Shown here: positions 27,926 through 37,053 of the stretch, one piece after another
Numbering within the stretch: the stretch's first letter is position 1
Layout: each line of letters begins with the position of its first letter
Virus record (IMG/VR): IMGVR_UViG_3300044821_000131
Location: 62,001-126,000 of that record
Reading direction: 5' to 3' (one strand)
DNA length: 64,000 nucleotides
Program-made: the position numbers and the translations under genes
Notes under the pieces: model-generated
The model's database searches: none
What the model saw: the letters and a program-made list of their open reading frames with translations, nothing else
What the model was told of the DNA's origin: nothing

Positions 27926-28688
27926 ATCATTTAACGAACTTATTAAGAAGATCCATCTCGGTACTAACCCTTTCGAAGGTTATCCAAAGGATCAATGGCC
28001 CGTCCAACACTGGGGCGGCTGGGGCTCCGATCATCCGTTCTTCGCGGAAATGGTGGCCAAAATTAAACCGCACCTGATCATCGAAGTCGGCAGCTTTCTC
28101 GGCGGTTCCGCCATCCAGCAAGGACAATTGCTGAAGAAGAACGGATTGAACGACTCCGCTGTGCTGTGCGTCGATACGTGGCTTGCTGAACAGATCCTGT
28201 GGTCGTTGCCGGATCAACGTGAGAAGCTCAAACTCCGCTTCGGCCGACCGTGCTTCTATTACACCTTCCTTAGTAACATCATCGATGTCGGCCTGCAGAA
28301 CATGGTGGTGCCGCTGTCTATGCCTAGTTTGAGTGCCGCGCGTTATCTTAAGCAATTGGGAGTCACGGCGCCGATGATCTACATTGACGGATGCCATGAA
28401 GAATTCGATTGTCGTCGGGATCTCGATATGTACTGGGATCTATTGGAGCCAGGTGGTGGAATGATCATTGACGATTACGTCTGCGGCTCTGACATGTTTG
28501 CCGGGCTGGTGCGTGATGTGAATCGATTCGTATACGATACGCATAACGATGCTTTGAACTACGATTGGTTTATACCTCAACACGAGGGCGTGCAGCCGCA
28601 GAGTATAACGGAGGTGCAATTAGCCTTCGGGTTGCGTAGCGACAAGGTGTGGCGGGAAACCAACAAGGTTGTCGTATGGAAAGTTTAA
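27918..28688 (+). CDS. class I SAM-dependent methyltransferase (Methyltransf_24-like)
   Basis: IIEVGSFLGGS, CVDTW, MIYIDGCHE, GGMIIDDY. Confidence 0.85.
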   Translation: MSKSFNELIKKIHLGTNPFEGYPKDQWPVQHWGGWGSDHPFFAEMVAKIKPHLIIEVGSFLGGSAIQQGQLLKKNGLNDSAVLCVDTWLAEQILWSLPDQREKLKLRFGRPCFYYTFLSNIIDVGLQNMVVPLSMPSLSAARYLKQLGVTAPMIYIDGCHEEFDCRRDLDMYWDLLEPGGGMIIDDYVCGSDMFAGLVRDVNRFVYDTHNDALNYDWFIPQHEGVQPQSITEVQLAFGLRSDKVWRETNKVVVWKV

Positions 28689-29005
28689 GTCCCAGTCTTG
28701 TATTCTGTGTCGTGGCGGGAGTCGCCTTGTTTACAGGATTGGGCGACTATCTCTCCAAGAAGTTCTCATTGAACCCAAATTGGCACTTGGCATTTTATGC
28801 TGCTTCGGCGTACTTGGTTGGAGTGCTATTTTGGTTTCGGATGATCTATCATTTTCAAAGTCTGGCCCGCGCTGGTGAGTTGTGGATACTTACGTCGGGC
28901 GTATTGTTACTGGTGATCAGCCAATGTATATTTCACGAGCCCTTGTCGCCGAGGCAATGGGCTGGTGTGGCATTGGGTCTGATCGCGATCGTGTTATTGT
29001 TGTGA
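28676..29005 (+). CDS. small 4-TM DMT/SMR-type transporter
   Basis: Four hydrophobic helices; IFHEPLSPRQWAGVALGLIAIVLL. Confidence 0.75.
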   Translation: MESLSPSLVFCVVAGVALFTGLGDYLSKKFSLNPNWHLAFYAASAYLVGVLFWFRMIYHFQSLARAGELWILTSGVLLLVISQCIFHEPLSPRQWAGVALGLIAIVLLL

Positions 29006-29103
29006 CGGAGAAATTGGCTTGCGAGTTTAATTTTCATTATTCATAATCGGCGGCGTGAATTTTTTACTGGCACAACTTTAATGTCGTATGTTATCTTCAA
29101 TTT

Positions 29104-29691
29104 ATGCAACATTACAACGTCGAGTGGGTCTACTACTTCTTGGGTATTATATTGTCGTTATGTGGTGTGTGGCAATTCTTGTGGAAGCCGCTAAACAAGT
29201 TCGTACGCAACGCTAGCCATATTGGACACAGCCTTAACAGCGCCCTTCCCGTCCTCATAAAAATCGCCGAAGAGTTCAAACCAAACGGCGGCAACTCCCT
29301 CCGCGACGTCGTCAACCGCATCGAAATCAACCAGGCCGTCAGCGATCAGCGCCATCGTGCCATCTACGCCTACTTGGACCTGCCAGTATTCGAAGCTGAT
29401 GCCAAAGGCGCCTACACGTTTGTATCGAAAGATTGGTGTAACGCCGTCAATCTATTTCCAGAACAAGCGTTTGCCGATGGCTGGATCAACTCGGTTCATC
29501 CGGAGGATCGCCAGAAGGTGATGTCCGAATGGAGAAACGCTGTGACCGAGAAGCGTGAATTTGCCTTGGACTACCGCCTTGCCGTTCCTCCCGATCGTGA
29601 AGCTGGTCGCGTCTATGCTCGGGCCTTTCCTGCGAGAGTAACTGCGGAGCGTCCTGTTGTTGGTTATGTCGGTACTCTGAGAAAGTTATGA
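29104..29691 (+). CDS. membrane-anchored PAS-domain protein
   Basis: N-terminal TM helix; PVFEADAKGAYTFVSKDW...GWINSVHPEDRQKV..EW...FALDYRL; no output domain. Confidence 0.8.
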   Translation: MQHYNVEWVYYFLGIILSLCGVWQFLWKPLNKFVRNASHIGHSLNSALPVLIKIAEEFKPNGGNSLRDVVNRIEINQAVSDQRHRAIYAYLDLPVFEADAKGAYTFVSKDWCNAVNLFPEQAFADGWINSVHPEDRQKVMSEWRNAVTEKREFALDYRLAVPPDREAGRVYARAFPARVTAERPVVGYVGTLRKL

Positions 29692-30146
29692 TCGAAGAGA
29701 CGCCCGTCGCCACCTGCATCCCTACAGGCAATCCCAAGAAGACGCGTGCCGGTCTTGGTATGCCTGCCTCGTTGTATCTCCACCAGTTTGGCGAACTTCT
29801 TTTCCATGCTTTCGGTGACTATGCCTATCATGTCGGATCTTCGTTGACCGGCGCAACATGGCGCGATGTGGATATCCGGATTATGCTGGAGGCCGAACAA
29901 TACAAAGCCATGGGTTTCGGTGATCCGCAGCGTCCGCACGAGAATAAACGTTGGTGTGCTTACACGATGGCCTTCTCGGAATTGGGACGTCGCATGACCG
30001 GGCTGCCGATCGATTTTCAAATACAGGAGACTGAGACGGCCAGTACGCAGTACGATTTAGACGAAGGCCACTCGCGTAGTGCTCTGATTTTGTGGGCTCT
30101 TCGAACTGCTCATTCAGAAGTTGCAGCGGACGAGGCAAAACCTTAA
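29688..30146 (+). CDS. minimal pol-beta-superfamily nucleotidyltransferase
   Basis: YHVGSS...WRDVDIRI and distal PIDFQI. Confidence 0.7.
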   Translation: MIEETPVATCIPTGNPKKTRAGLGMPASLYLHQFGELLFHAFGDYAYHVGSSLTGATWRDVDIRIMLEAEQYKAMGFGDPQRPHENKRWCAYTMAFSELGRRMTGLPIDFQIQETETASTQYDLDEGHSRSALILWALRTAHSEVAADEAKP

Positions 30147-30155
30147 TATGCCGGC

Positions 30156-30608
30156 ATGCCTGATCTCATAATCGGTATCTCAGTCCTGCAACCTACTTGG
30201 ATCGATAAGGTCTATCGACTCTGGTTTCAAGCCCAGAAAGCCGACGGCGCAAAAAATCAAGGCTGGATCTTCGCCGTCGATAGCACGTCGGCCAGTACCT
30301 TGACCAAGATGCCCGAATACCCGGATGGCTGTAACTCGATCTGGCACTTCACCAGGCAGGGCGACACACTCAACTGCTCACCTTCGGTGAATTGGATATC
30401 TTGGGGTTTCCACAATGCTGGTAGCTGGACGACGCGCTATGTCGAGATGACCATCGCGGAACAGTCCATGTCGAAAGCGGGCGATGATACCGGCGAAGTC
30501 CCTACACGTTTGCGTATTGGACACACGGTTCATTACGATCTGAATAATGGTGCGGCCGATCCTCAGCAGGTGATCGCCGAGTACCGTCAGAAAGGGGTCC
30601 TGAAGTGA
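30156..30608 (+). CDS. hypothetical protein (DUF6527-like segment)
   Basis: WHFTRQGDTLNCSPSVNW. Confidence 0.6.
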   Translation: MPDLIIGISVLQPTWIDKVYRLWFQAQKADGAKNQGWIFAVDSTSASTLTKMPEYPDGCNSIWHFTRQGDTLNCSPSVNWISWGFHNAGSWTTRYVEMTIAEQSMSKAGDDTGEVPTRLRIGHTVHYDLNNGAADPQQVIAEYRQKGVLK

Positions 30609-32524
30609 ATCGGGCAGCACTCAGAGATGGACAATTCGCTGAGGTGCCCGATAAGGACATCGACTTTGAATTCACCTCTCCCAATCAATTTCTCGGCACC
30701 CATGCCAACTTGATCCCATTGCAGTCCGCAGTACAAGGTGGACGCCTGTTCTACGGCGCTCGATTCGCCAATCAGGCGTTGCCGATCAATAACTCGGAGG
30801 CCCCACTCGTACAGCTAAAGTCAGACGATGATCCGCAAGGCCGATCCTTCGACGAAATCCTCGGCGCCTCGGCTGGCGCCGTACACGCCAAACATGCCGG
30901 TACTGTACATGCTGTTACGCCAGACCATGTTATCGTTAAAACCAAGGATGGAGAAAAAGTGACACACGGATTGTACAACGAATTTCCGTATAACAGAAAG
31001 ACGAAGATCCACAACACTCCGGCGATTAAACCCGGGGATACTGTGGTCCCCGGACAGCTCCTCGCTCATTCCAATTTTACGGACAAGCACGGCACTCTGG
31101 CGCTAGGACTCAATGCTCGCGTCGGACTCGTGCCGTATCTTGGTCGCTCCATGGACGACGCGATTGTGATCAGTGAATCCTTTGCTAAACGTCTGGCCAG
31201 CAACCATGCCTACGGCTACGATCTCGACTACAAGCGTGGTGTGAAGGGCGGCAAAGCGCATCATGTCGGGCTGTTTCCCAACAAGTTCATTAATGACCAG
31301 TTAGATAAGCTGGACGATGAGGGGATCGTGAAGCCGGGACAGATTGTTAATCCTGGTGATCCGATCATCTTGGCCACGCGGCCACGCGTTGTGTCCTCAG
31401 CTTCGGCGCAGTTGGGTCTTCTGTCCAAACATATGAAGAACGCGCGCACGGATGCTTCCGTTCTATGGGAGCACGAAACTCCCGGGCGTGTGGTGGATGT
31501 CCACCGCGGTCGTGGTGGGGTGAAATTGAATATCCATACGGATGTGCCTACGCAGGTGGGCGATAAGCTCGCATTCAGAAGCGGAGGCAAGGCGGTTATA
31601 TCCACCATCCTACCAGACGAACACGTACCGCGCACGGCAGATGGCCAGCCATTGGAGGTTCTGCTAAATCCTCAGAGCATACCATCCCGGGTCAATCCGT
31701 CCTTGGTCTATGAGCTCCTGCTCGGCAAGGTCGCAAAGAAAACCGGACGCCCCTACAAACTGCCAGCCTTTACCAAGAACGGCGAAGCCTGGCACAATGT
31801 CGTCAAAAAAGAACTGGATGATAACGGCCTCACCGATACCGAAGACGTCTTTGACCCCCTCCTGAATAAAAAACTCGAGAACCCCATCACCGTCGGTAAT
31901 GGCTATGTCCTGAAATTACACCACACATCCGCCAGCAAGATAAGTGCTAGAGGTCAAGGTAGTTACAGCTCAGATCAGGAGCCGCTTCATGGTGGTGGTG
32001 AGGGTGGGCAGGGCAAGCGGTTATCGGGACTCGAGTCGGGTGCGTTATTGTCATCTGGGGCGTACGGGGTATTACGGGATGGTGCTACGGTACGTGGGAC
32101 ACGCAACGATCAATTTTGGCGGCAGTTACGTGCGGGGCAGGATCCGGCTGAGCCTGGCAGTTCGTTTGCGTGGGAGAAGTTCCGTGCTTTGTTACAGGGG
32201 TCTGGTTATCAGGCGCGCAAGCTCGGGGCTGGTCGGGAGCGTTTAGGTTTTTGGACGGACAAGGATTTAGCGGAGCGCAAGCCGATCAAGGTGAAGACCG
32301 GGGATATTGTGGATTTGAATTCCCTAGACCCAGTTCGAGGTGGGCTATTTGATCCGGCCCTGACGGGCAATCAGAGCTGGGGTTCGATCGATCTACCCAC
32401 CGCGTTACCAAACCCGGCGGCCGAGGATGTGATTTGCAAGATGTTGGGGCTTACGAATGCGCAGTATCGAAGGATACTGGCTGGAGAAGAGTCTTTACCC
32501 GAGCATTTGCTTCATCCACAATAG
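30605..32524 (+). CDS. rpoB: phage RNA polymerase: beta C-terminal half fused to a beta' N-terminal segment
   Basis: NLIPLQ...RFANQALP, LALGLNARVG..Y.G..MDDAIVISE, GDKLAFRSGGKAVIS.I...P...DG.P.EVLLNP..IPSRVN, YVLKLHH..KISAR; then beta'-like GGLFDP..TG...WGSIDLP. Confidence 0.9.
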   Translation: MNRAALRDGQFAEVPDKDIDFEFTSPNQFLGTHANLIPLQSAVQGGRLFYGARFANQALPINNSEAPLVQLKSDDDPQGRSFDEILGASAGAVHAKHAGTVHAVTPDHVIVKTKDGEKVTHGLYNEFPYNRKTKIHNTPAIKPGDTVVPGQLLAHSNFTDKHGTLALGLNARVGLVPYLGRSMDDAIVISESFAKRLASNHAYGYDLDYKRGVKGGKAHHVGLFPNKFINDQLDKLDDEGIVKPGQIVNPGDPIILATRPRVVSSASAQLGLLSKHMKNARTDASVLWEHETPGRVVDVHRGRGGVKLNIHTDVPTQVGDKLAFRSGGKAVISTILPDEHVPRTADGQPLEVLLNPQSIPSRVNPSLVYELLLGKVAKKTGRPYKLPAFTKNGEAWHNVVKKELDDNGLTDTEDVFDPLLNKKLENPITVGNGYVLKLHHTSASKISARGQGSYSSDQEPLHGGGEGGQGKRLSGLESGALLSSGAYGVLRDGATVRGTRNDQFWRQLRAGQDPAEPGSSFAWEKFRALLQGSGYQARKLGAGRERLGFWTDKDLAERKPIKVKTGDIVDLNSLDPVRGGLFDPALTGNQSWGSIDLPTALPNPAAEDVICKMLGLTNAQYRRILAGEESLPEHLLHPQ

Positions 32525-32528
32525 CGTT

Positions 32529-32909
32529 ATGCGACACATTGCTACATTCATCTTGGCTGATGCCCTCACTAAGATCGCGGCGCCCACCTCGTCCAATGCT
32601 GGTAGTTCCATGGCCGGCGGCCTGTTTCGTGGTGGACTGAAGGCGACACAGTCACAAGGTGGGTTGAAGGGTATGAGTGATTTACCGACTGGGATTCAAC
32701 GGCTCTCCATGTTTGGAAAAGCTTTTGGCTCCAAGGCATTTCGTCCGGCCAAGAATCCATTTTCGGCTATTAATCCTTCCGAGTTAGTTCGAACGGCCAG
32801 GCTACGGCAGATGAGCAAGTCAGCGCCATCAATGGGCAACACGGTGATGAGCAACATTCGAAACAGTTTGGGTGGCGGCGCGGCGATGGCGGCACCGGTG
32901 GCTAAGTGA
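32529..32909 (+). CDS. small G/A/M-rich K-x-A-type protein
   Basis: DALTKIAAP followed by a low-complexity tail. Confidence 0.65.
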   Translation: MRHIATFILADALTKIAAPTSSNAGSSMAGGLFRGGLKATQSQGGLKGMSDLPTGIQRLSMFGKAFGSKAFRPAKNPFSAINPSELVRTARLRQMSKSAPSMGNTVMSNIRNSLGGGAAMAAPVAK

Positions 32910-32924
32910 TTGGGCAAACCCGTC

Positions 32925-32953
32925 TTGACATGTTGGCGAATGGTGCAGATACT
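32925..32953 (+). promoter_or_regulatory. sigma70-like promoter
   Basis: TTGACA-17-GATACT upstream of 32988. Confidence 0.5.
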
Positions 32954-32987
32954 TTGTCAACGATAAATTTTTAAATCTGAAACTACT

Positions 32988-33356
32988 ATGAGCACAGCCA
33001 CACAAGTAAAACGCCGCCGCGGTACGACTGCCCAACACTCCACTTTCACCGGTGCCCTCGGGGAAATCACCGTTGATACCGACATCAAAACCATACGTGT
33101 CCACGATGGCATCCAAGCCGGTGGCTACGTGCTTCTACGTCTCAATGCTGATGGCAGCATCCCTCTTGGTCAGTTCACTGTATCGGCGGATGGCACGACG
33201 ATTACCAGCAGTAGTGGTCAGTCGAACGTGCGGTGGAAAAATGGTCAGTTTCAGATTTTCGATGAGGGCGACGCCACGGCGACACCATCGACGCCATGGC
33301 GTATTCTTGGATCGAACAACGGCTCGATTGTGCTGGCCGGACCGGTGGCCACTTAA
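32988..33356 (+). CDS. short tail-fibre-type protein (Mtd N-terminal-like)
   Basis: QVKRRRGTTAQHSTFTGALGEITVDTD...VHDG..AGG. Confidence 0.8.
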   Translation: MSTATQVKRRRGTTAQHSTFTGALGEITVDTDIKTIRVHDGIQAGGYVLLRLNADGSIPLGQFTVSADGTTITSSSGQSNVRWKNGQFQIFDEGDATATPSTPWRILGSNNGSIVLAGPVAT

Positions 33357-33371
33357 TCTTCATCGCGCGCT

Positions 33372-35519
33372 ATGAAAAAAACATTTGTTGTCTCACTCCT
33401 TCTTTGTATCAGTGCGCTGCTGGGTTTTGGTCAGACCCCAACCAACCTGCCAACACCCGGGATTATTGGATTAGGTGCTAATTCGAACAACGTTATTAGT
33501 GTGCCTCCTAATCCGACCAAGCCTTGGAACTTCAATAATGTGGGTCTGTCGAATGTGACGAGCATTTTTGATGGATCGGGCGTGCCCTATATAAAATCGG
33601 GAGATGTGTTCAACGGCGTCAATGCCACGAATCTCCCACCGGTCGGCACTGCCGCCACGGCGACGACGGCGAGCAATCTAGTGCTCGGTGTTACTGGTGA
33701 CGACCAATCGCTTGGGTCAGCTACTTTAACTGGTCAGCGTTGGGTATTATCTACTCCGTCGCCGAGTATTTATATTGGAATGCCAGGAACTAATCTTTTC
33801 AGTGAGACAAATATCTTGTTTATTTTGAACGATCTTCAAACAAACACAACCACCCCAATTGCTAATTTTACAAACACTCCCTATGGGATTCAACCCATGT
33901 GGATTACGATTGATGCGGGGTGTTTTGGTACACGCAAAACCGATTGGCCTTGGATAACGAACAACCTTGGCTCATTAACGTCAGAATCAAACCGTTTCCC
34001 TCACGGCATCCAATGGATTACTGCGGCTGCTCATACTAATAAAAACCTAGTTTGGGTATCTGGATTATATGCCACTAATTTAACCCCTCCCGGCGCGACT
34101 GAATGGATTGCAGATTCAGCCGGTAATAATCTCCAGCCTTGGACAAACGGAACAGGAACTTTTCCAACGAATATCTATGGACCTTATCAACCAGTGTTTA
34201 CTCCTGATTTTGCTCGTCCGATTCAGGGTCAGTTTAATGGTGGTGACATTCAGGAGTTAATTGCTTGGGGTGTGGATGGATTGCGACTAGCTGAATGTGT
34301 CCCTTCGTCTGGTGCCTCTTATTCGCCGATGGACAAGAAGCAACTAACATTCTGCTTTAGTCGTGCAGCACAAGAAGTCGCTATGCCAATGGTTAATAAC
34401 CCCGGATACTATTCTAATGCAGTTCCTACTAGGGTGATTTTCACCACAAATAGTCCGCTGGCTCTTATGGTCTATACTGACCCACAGTTAAGCTCTTATG
34501 GCCAGTCTTTTGCGATGGGGCAAGAAGTGCGACAGAATGTTACCGCATTTGAGTATGGAAATACACAGCAAGGAACATTAGCGGTTGGCGCAAGGGCTTT
34601 ATATCGCGATTTTGCTGGGCTGGATAAGGCTAATCATGGTGGTTATGTTGATTTTCAATTTGTGAGTGACCCAATCAACGAGGCTATGTTCAGTGCCATC
34701 CCGGAAATGGGTTATCGCAATGACGCCATATTTGGAGCAGGGTGGAACAACTGGTTATTCATTACTAACTCTTGGTTCAAGCTAATCAACCAAGACCCAG
34801 ATCAGATGTGGCCAACTCAAATACCACAGTTTACAACTACCAATTCAAGCAGTGCTTACAAACGAAGACTTGCTAATGGTAGCTGGAGGGTTTCCGTATA
34901 TAATGAGGGTTCGGTAACTATTAATCCTGCATTGACTTGGGATATGATGGGGTGGGATACGAATTTGAACGTTAGAATTACCGCTGTGACTCCTGCCGCC
35001 GGCATTCAGTCAACCAATACCAGAAGCTACACAATGACCACAACAGTTGCTTCGTACCAGCTTTATCAGTTCGATTTGATGCCCGACAACATTGGGGCTG
35101 GACAAATTAAGTTTGTTCCTGGAAATGCTGGGACTGTGGCTAATTCTTTTGGCTCAATGCAAATACTTGGTGCAGACAAGAATAGCCAGTTTGGAGGTTA
35201 CTATGGAAGTAAAAATCCGTCATATCCTGTTACAGTTGGAATGGCTGTAGGTCAAATGGTAGGTGGTGTCCCTTACGATGGATTTACAATGAACAATTCT
35301 GCGGGATTGAATGATGTAACATTTTCAAATGCTATTATTGTACGACGAACCATAGTTTTTTCCAATGCATGGAACTTGAATTTCGCCACCAACAATGCTC
35401 CAAACTTCTCAACAATCAAGAACGTCTCCAGCAACGGACCAATGGTGGACATCTACATGAGCAACGGAACGCCATTCATCTATTACCAGACACCTTCGAC
35501 TGGTGGAATTTTGCCGTAA
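33372..35519 (+). CDS. secreted adhesin-like protein with degenerate GH27 alpha-galactosidase-like domain
   Basis: Signal peptide; WITIDAGC, NRFPHGIQWITAAAH, DIQELIAWGVDGLRLAEC, WRVSVYNEG...LTWDMMG. Confidence 0.7.
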   Translation: MKKTFVVSLLLCISALLGFGQTPTNLPTPGIIGLGANSNNVISVPPNPTKPWNFNNVGLSNVTSIFDGSGVPYIKSGDVFNGVNATNLPPVGTAATATTASNLVLGVTGDDQSLGSATLTGQRWVLSTPSPSIYIGMPGTNLFSETNILFILNDLQTNTTTPIANFTNTPYGIQPMWITIDAGCFGTRKTDWPWITNNLGSLTSESNRFPHGIQWITAAAHTNKNLVWVSGLYATNLTPPGATEWIADSAGNNLQPWTNGTGTFPTNIYGPYQPVFTPDFARPIQGQFNGGDIQELIAWGVDGLRLAECVPSSGASYSPMDKKQLTFCFSRAAQEVAMPMVNNPGYYSNAVPTRVIFTTNSPLALMVYTDPQLSSYGQSFAMGQEVRQNVTAFEYGNTQQGTLAVGARALYRDFAGLDKANHGGYVDFQFVSDPINEAMFSAIPEMGYRNDAIFGAGWNNWLFITNSWFKLINQDPDQMWPTQIPQFTTTNSSSAYKRRLANGSWRVSVYNEGSVTINPALTWDMMGWDTNLNVRITAVTPAAGIQSTNTRSYTMTTTVASYQLYQFDLMPDNIGAGQIKFVPGNAGTVANSFGSMQILGADKNSQFGGYYGSKNPSYPVTVGMAVGQMVGGVPYDGFTMNNSAGLNDVTFSNAIIVRRTIVFSNAWNLNFATNNAPNFSTIKNVSSNGPMVDIYMSNGTPFIYYQTPSTGGILP

Positions 35520-35815
35520 TGAAAACCTATCACATTTGGGCGCTTTCGGGCGACCCTCCCGGCGACAATTCCGGCAAGAACATCGGCAACCCGGCTGAGT
35601 CTCTGTCGCAATGCTCCGGCTACGTTCCGGGCGACGGCGTGGCATTAGGGTCGTATTCTTCGGTGCTTCATAATTTCGCGAACGAACTTGTTCAGAGTAA
35701 TTTGGTAGCCTCGGGACCGATCATCATGGGGAGCTACACTATTCTAAACGGAGCTACCAATATCAACTTTATTGGAAATCTGTTTGTAAATGGAGTTCAG
35801 GTAGTCGTGCCTTAA
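35519..35815 (+). CDS. hypothetical protein
   Basis: TAATG coupling, MKTYHIW... Confidence 0.6.
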   Translation: MKTYHIWALSGDPPGDNSGKNIGNPAESLSQCSGYVPGDGVALGSYSSVLHNFANELVQSNLVASGPIIMGSYTILNGATNINFIGNLFVNGVQVVVP

Positions 35816-35820
35816 CGCGT

Positions 35821-37047
35821 ATGCTACTGGCATTTTTGACATCATTCATGGTTGGCACAGCGCCGTCTCCTACTCTACCAACAATCATCGGCAATAAGCC
35901 GTACGTTTATGTTGTGGGTACCACTACTGCTCCGGTCGCATTTAGCTATTCGGATTACTCGTATCAATCCAACGTAATGACGGGTACGATCACGCTTCCT
36001 TCATTAAACGTTTCTTTGTCAAATTATTTTTTAACTCTGGACATACCCTCCAACAATGTGGTTTTGGCAAACAACGATGGTAACGTAGTTGTCACCAATC
36101 CGGGTTCAGTTACCGCCCATTTTATTTTTACTCCGTATGGTCCGGGTACGCCCCTTGGTTGCAGTTACGTGTTCTCGGGATCAGCATCAACGACGACAAT
36201 TACAAATTTGACCTTCACCGGCTTTAGTAATTCAACCCTTGGAAATGTGCTGTGGACAAACTTTACTTCCAACACGAACGTTGTTGGAGTCGATAATACA
36301 ATCTGGGCCACGTACGTTCTTCCTTCGGGCTGGCCGGCTACCGGAACGCCCCAGCTGGCGTGGGACACGAACTGTCTGCTTTATAAATTCAACGATTTCA
36401 CTGCGGTCAGTCAATGCAATACGTCTCAGGGTTATCGTGGTGAAGTTCCATTCACTTTGCTCACTCCACGTCATGCTTATGCACGTGGGCATTCAATGGG
36501 GTGGGAAGGACGCACAGGAGTAGTCACAAACTCTCTTCAAGGAACTCGGGTGTTCTTTTGTACATCTAACAATGTCGTGGTGGAAGCGGATATTTGGTTG
36601 GATATTGGTGAAATTACTAATAGCGCGGGTGACGACTACACCCTTGTTATATTCAGCAATGATGTGCCGGCATCAATCACGCCGATGTGGATACAAGCAC
36701 AGACGAACATATTTTCCTATTATCCGATGCGTCTAGGTGGCGGCATGTTTAATTATGTTCCGTGGGTTTCTTACATAACCGAACAGACAGGTCACGTATG
36801 TCCCTATCTATGGTCAACTGTTACAACACCATTTTACTATAATTTTAATAAAGGCGGAGACAGCGGTTCTCCCTTCATGCTGCCAATGCCGGGGACATTG
36901 GTATTCTTTGCAGGCACTACCACGTCAGGTCTTAATGGTACGTTCACCAATGACCTGAATGCCCTGACCGTAGCCGCCGGTCTTTCGACGAGCACTTATA
37001 AATTGCGTATATACGATTTTTCGGCATTTCCTCTCGTGTCGCCCTAG
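35821..37047 (+). CDS. exported trypsin-like serine protease
   Basis: LLTPRHAYARGH (His), DYTLVIF (Asp), GGDSGSP (Ser); hydrophobic N-terminus. Confidence 0.75.
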   Translation: MLLAFLTSFMVGTAPSPTLPTIIGNKPYVYVVGTTTAPVAFSYSDYSYQSNVMTGTITLPSLNVSLSNYFLTLDIPSNNVVLANNDGNVVVTNPGSVTAHFIFTPYGPGTPLGCSYVFSGSASTTTITNLTFTGFSNSTLGNVLWTNFTSNTNVVGVDNTIWATYVLPSGWPATGTPQLAWDTNCLLYKFNDFTAVSQCNTSQGYRGEVPFTLLTPRHAYARGHSMGWEGRTGVVTNSLQGTRVFFCTSNNVVVEADIWLDIGEITNSAGDDYTLVIFSNDVPASITPMWIQAQTNIFSYYPMRLGGGMFNYVPWVSYITEQTGHVCPYLWSTVTTPFYYNFNKGGDSGSPFMLPMPGTLVFFAGTTTSGLNGTFTNDLNALTVAAGLSTSTYKLRIYDFSAFPLVSP

Positions 37048-37053
37048 CCCATT

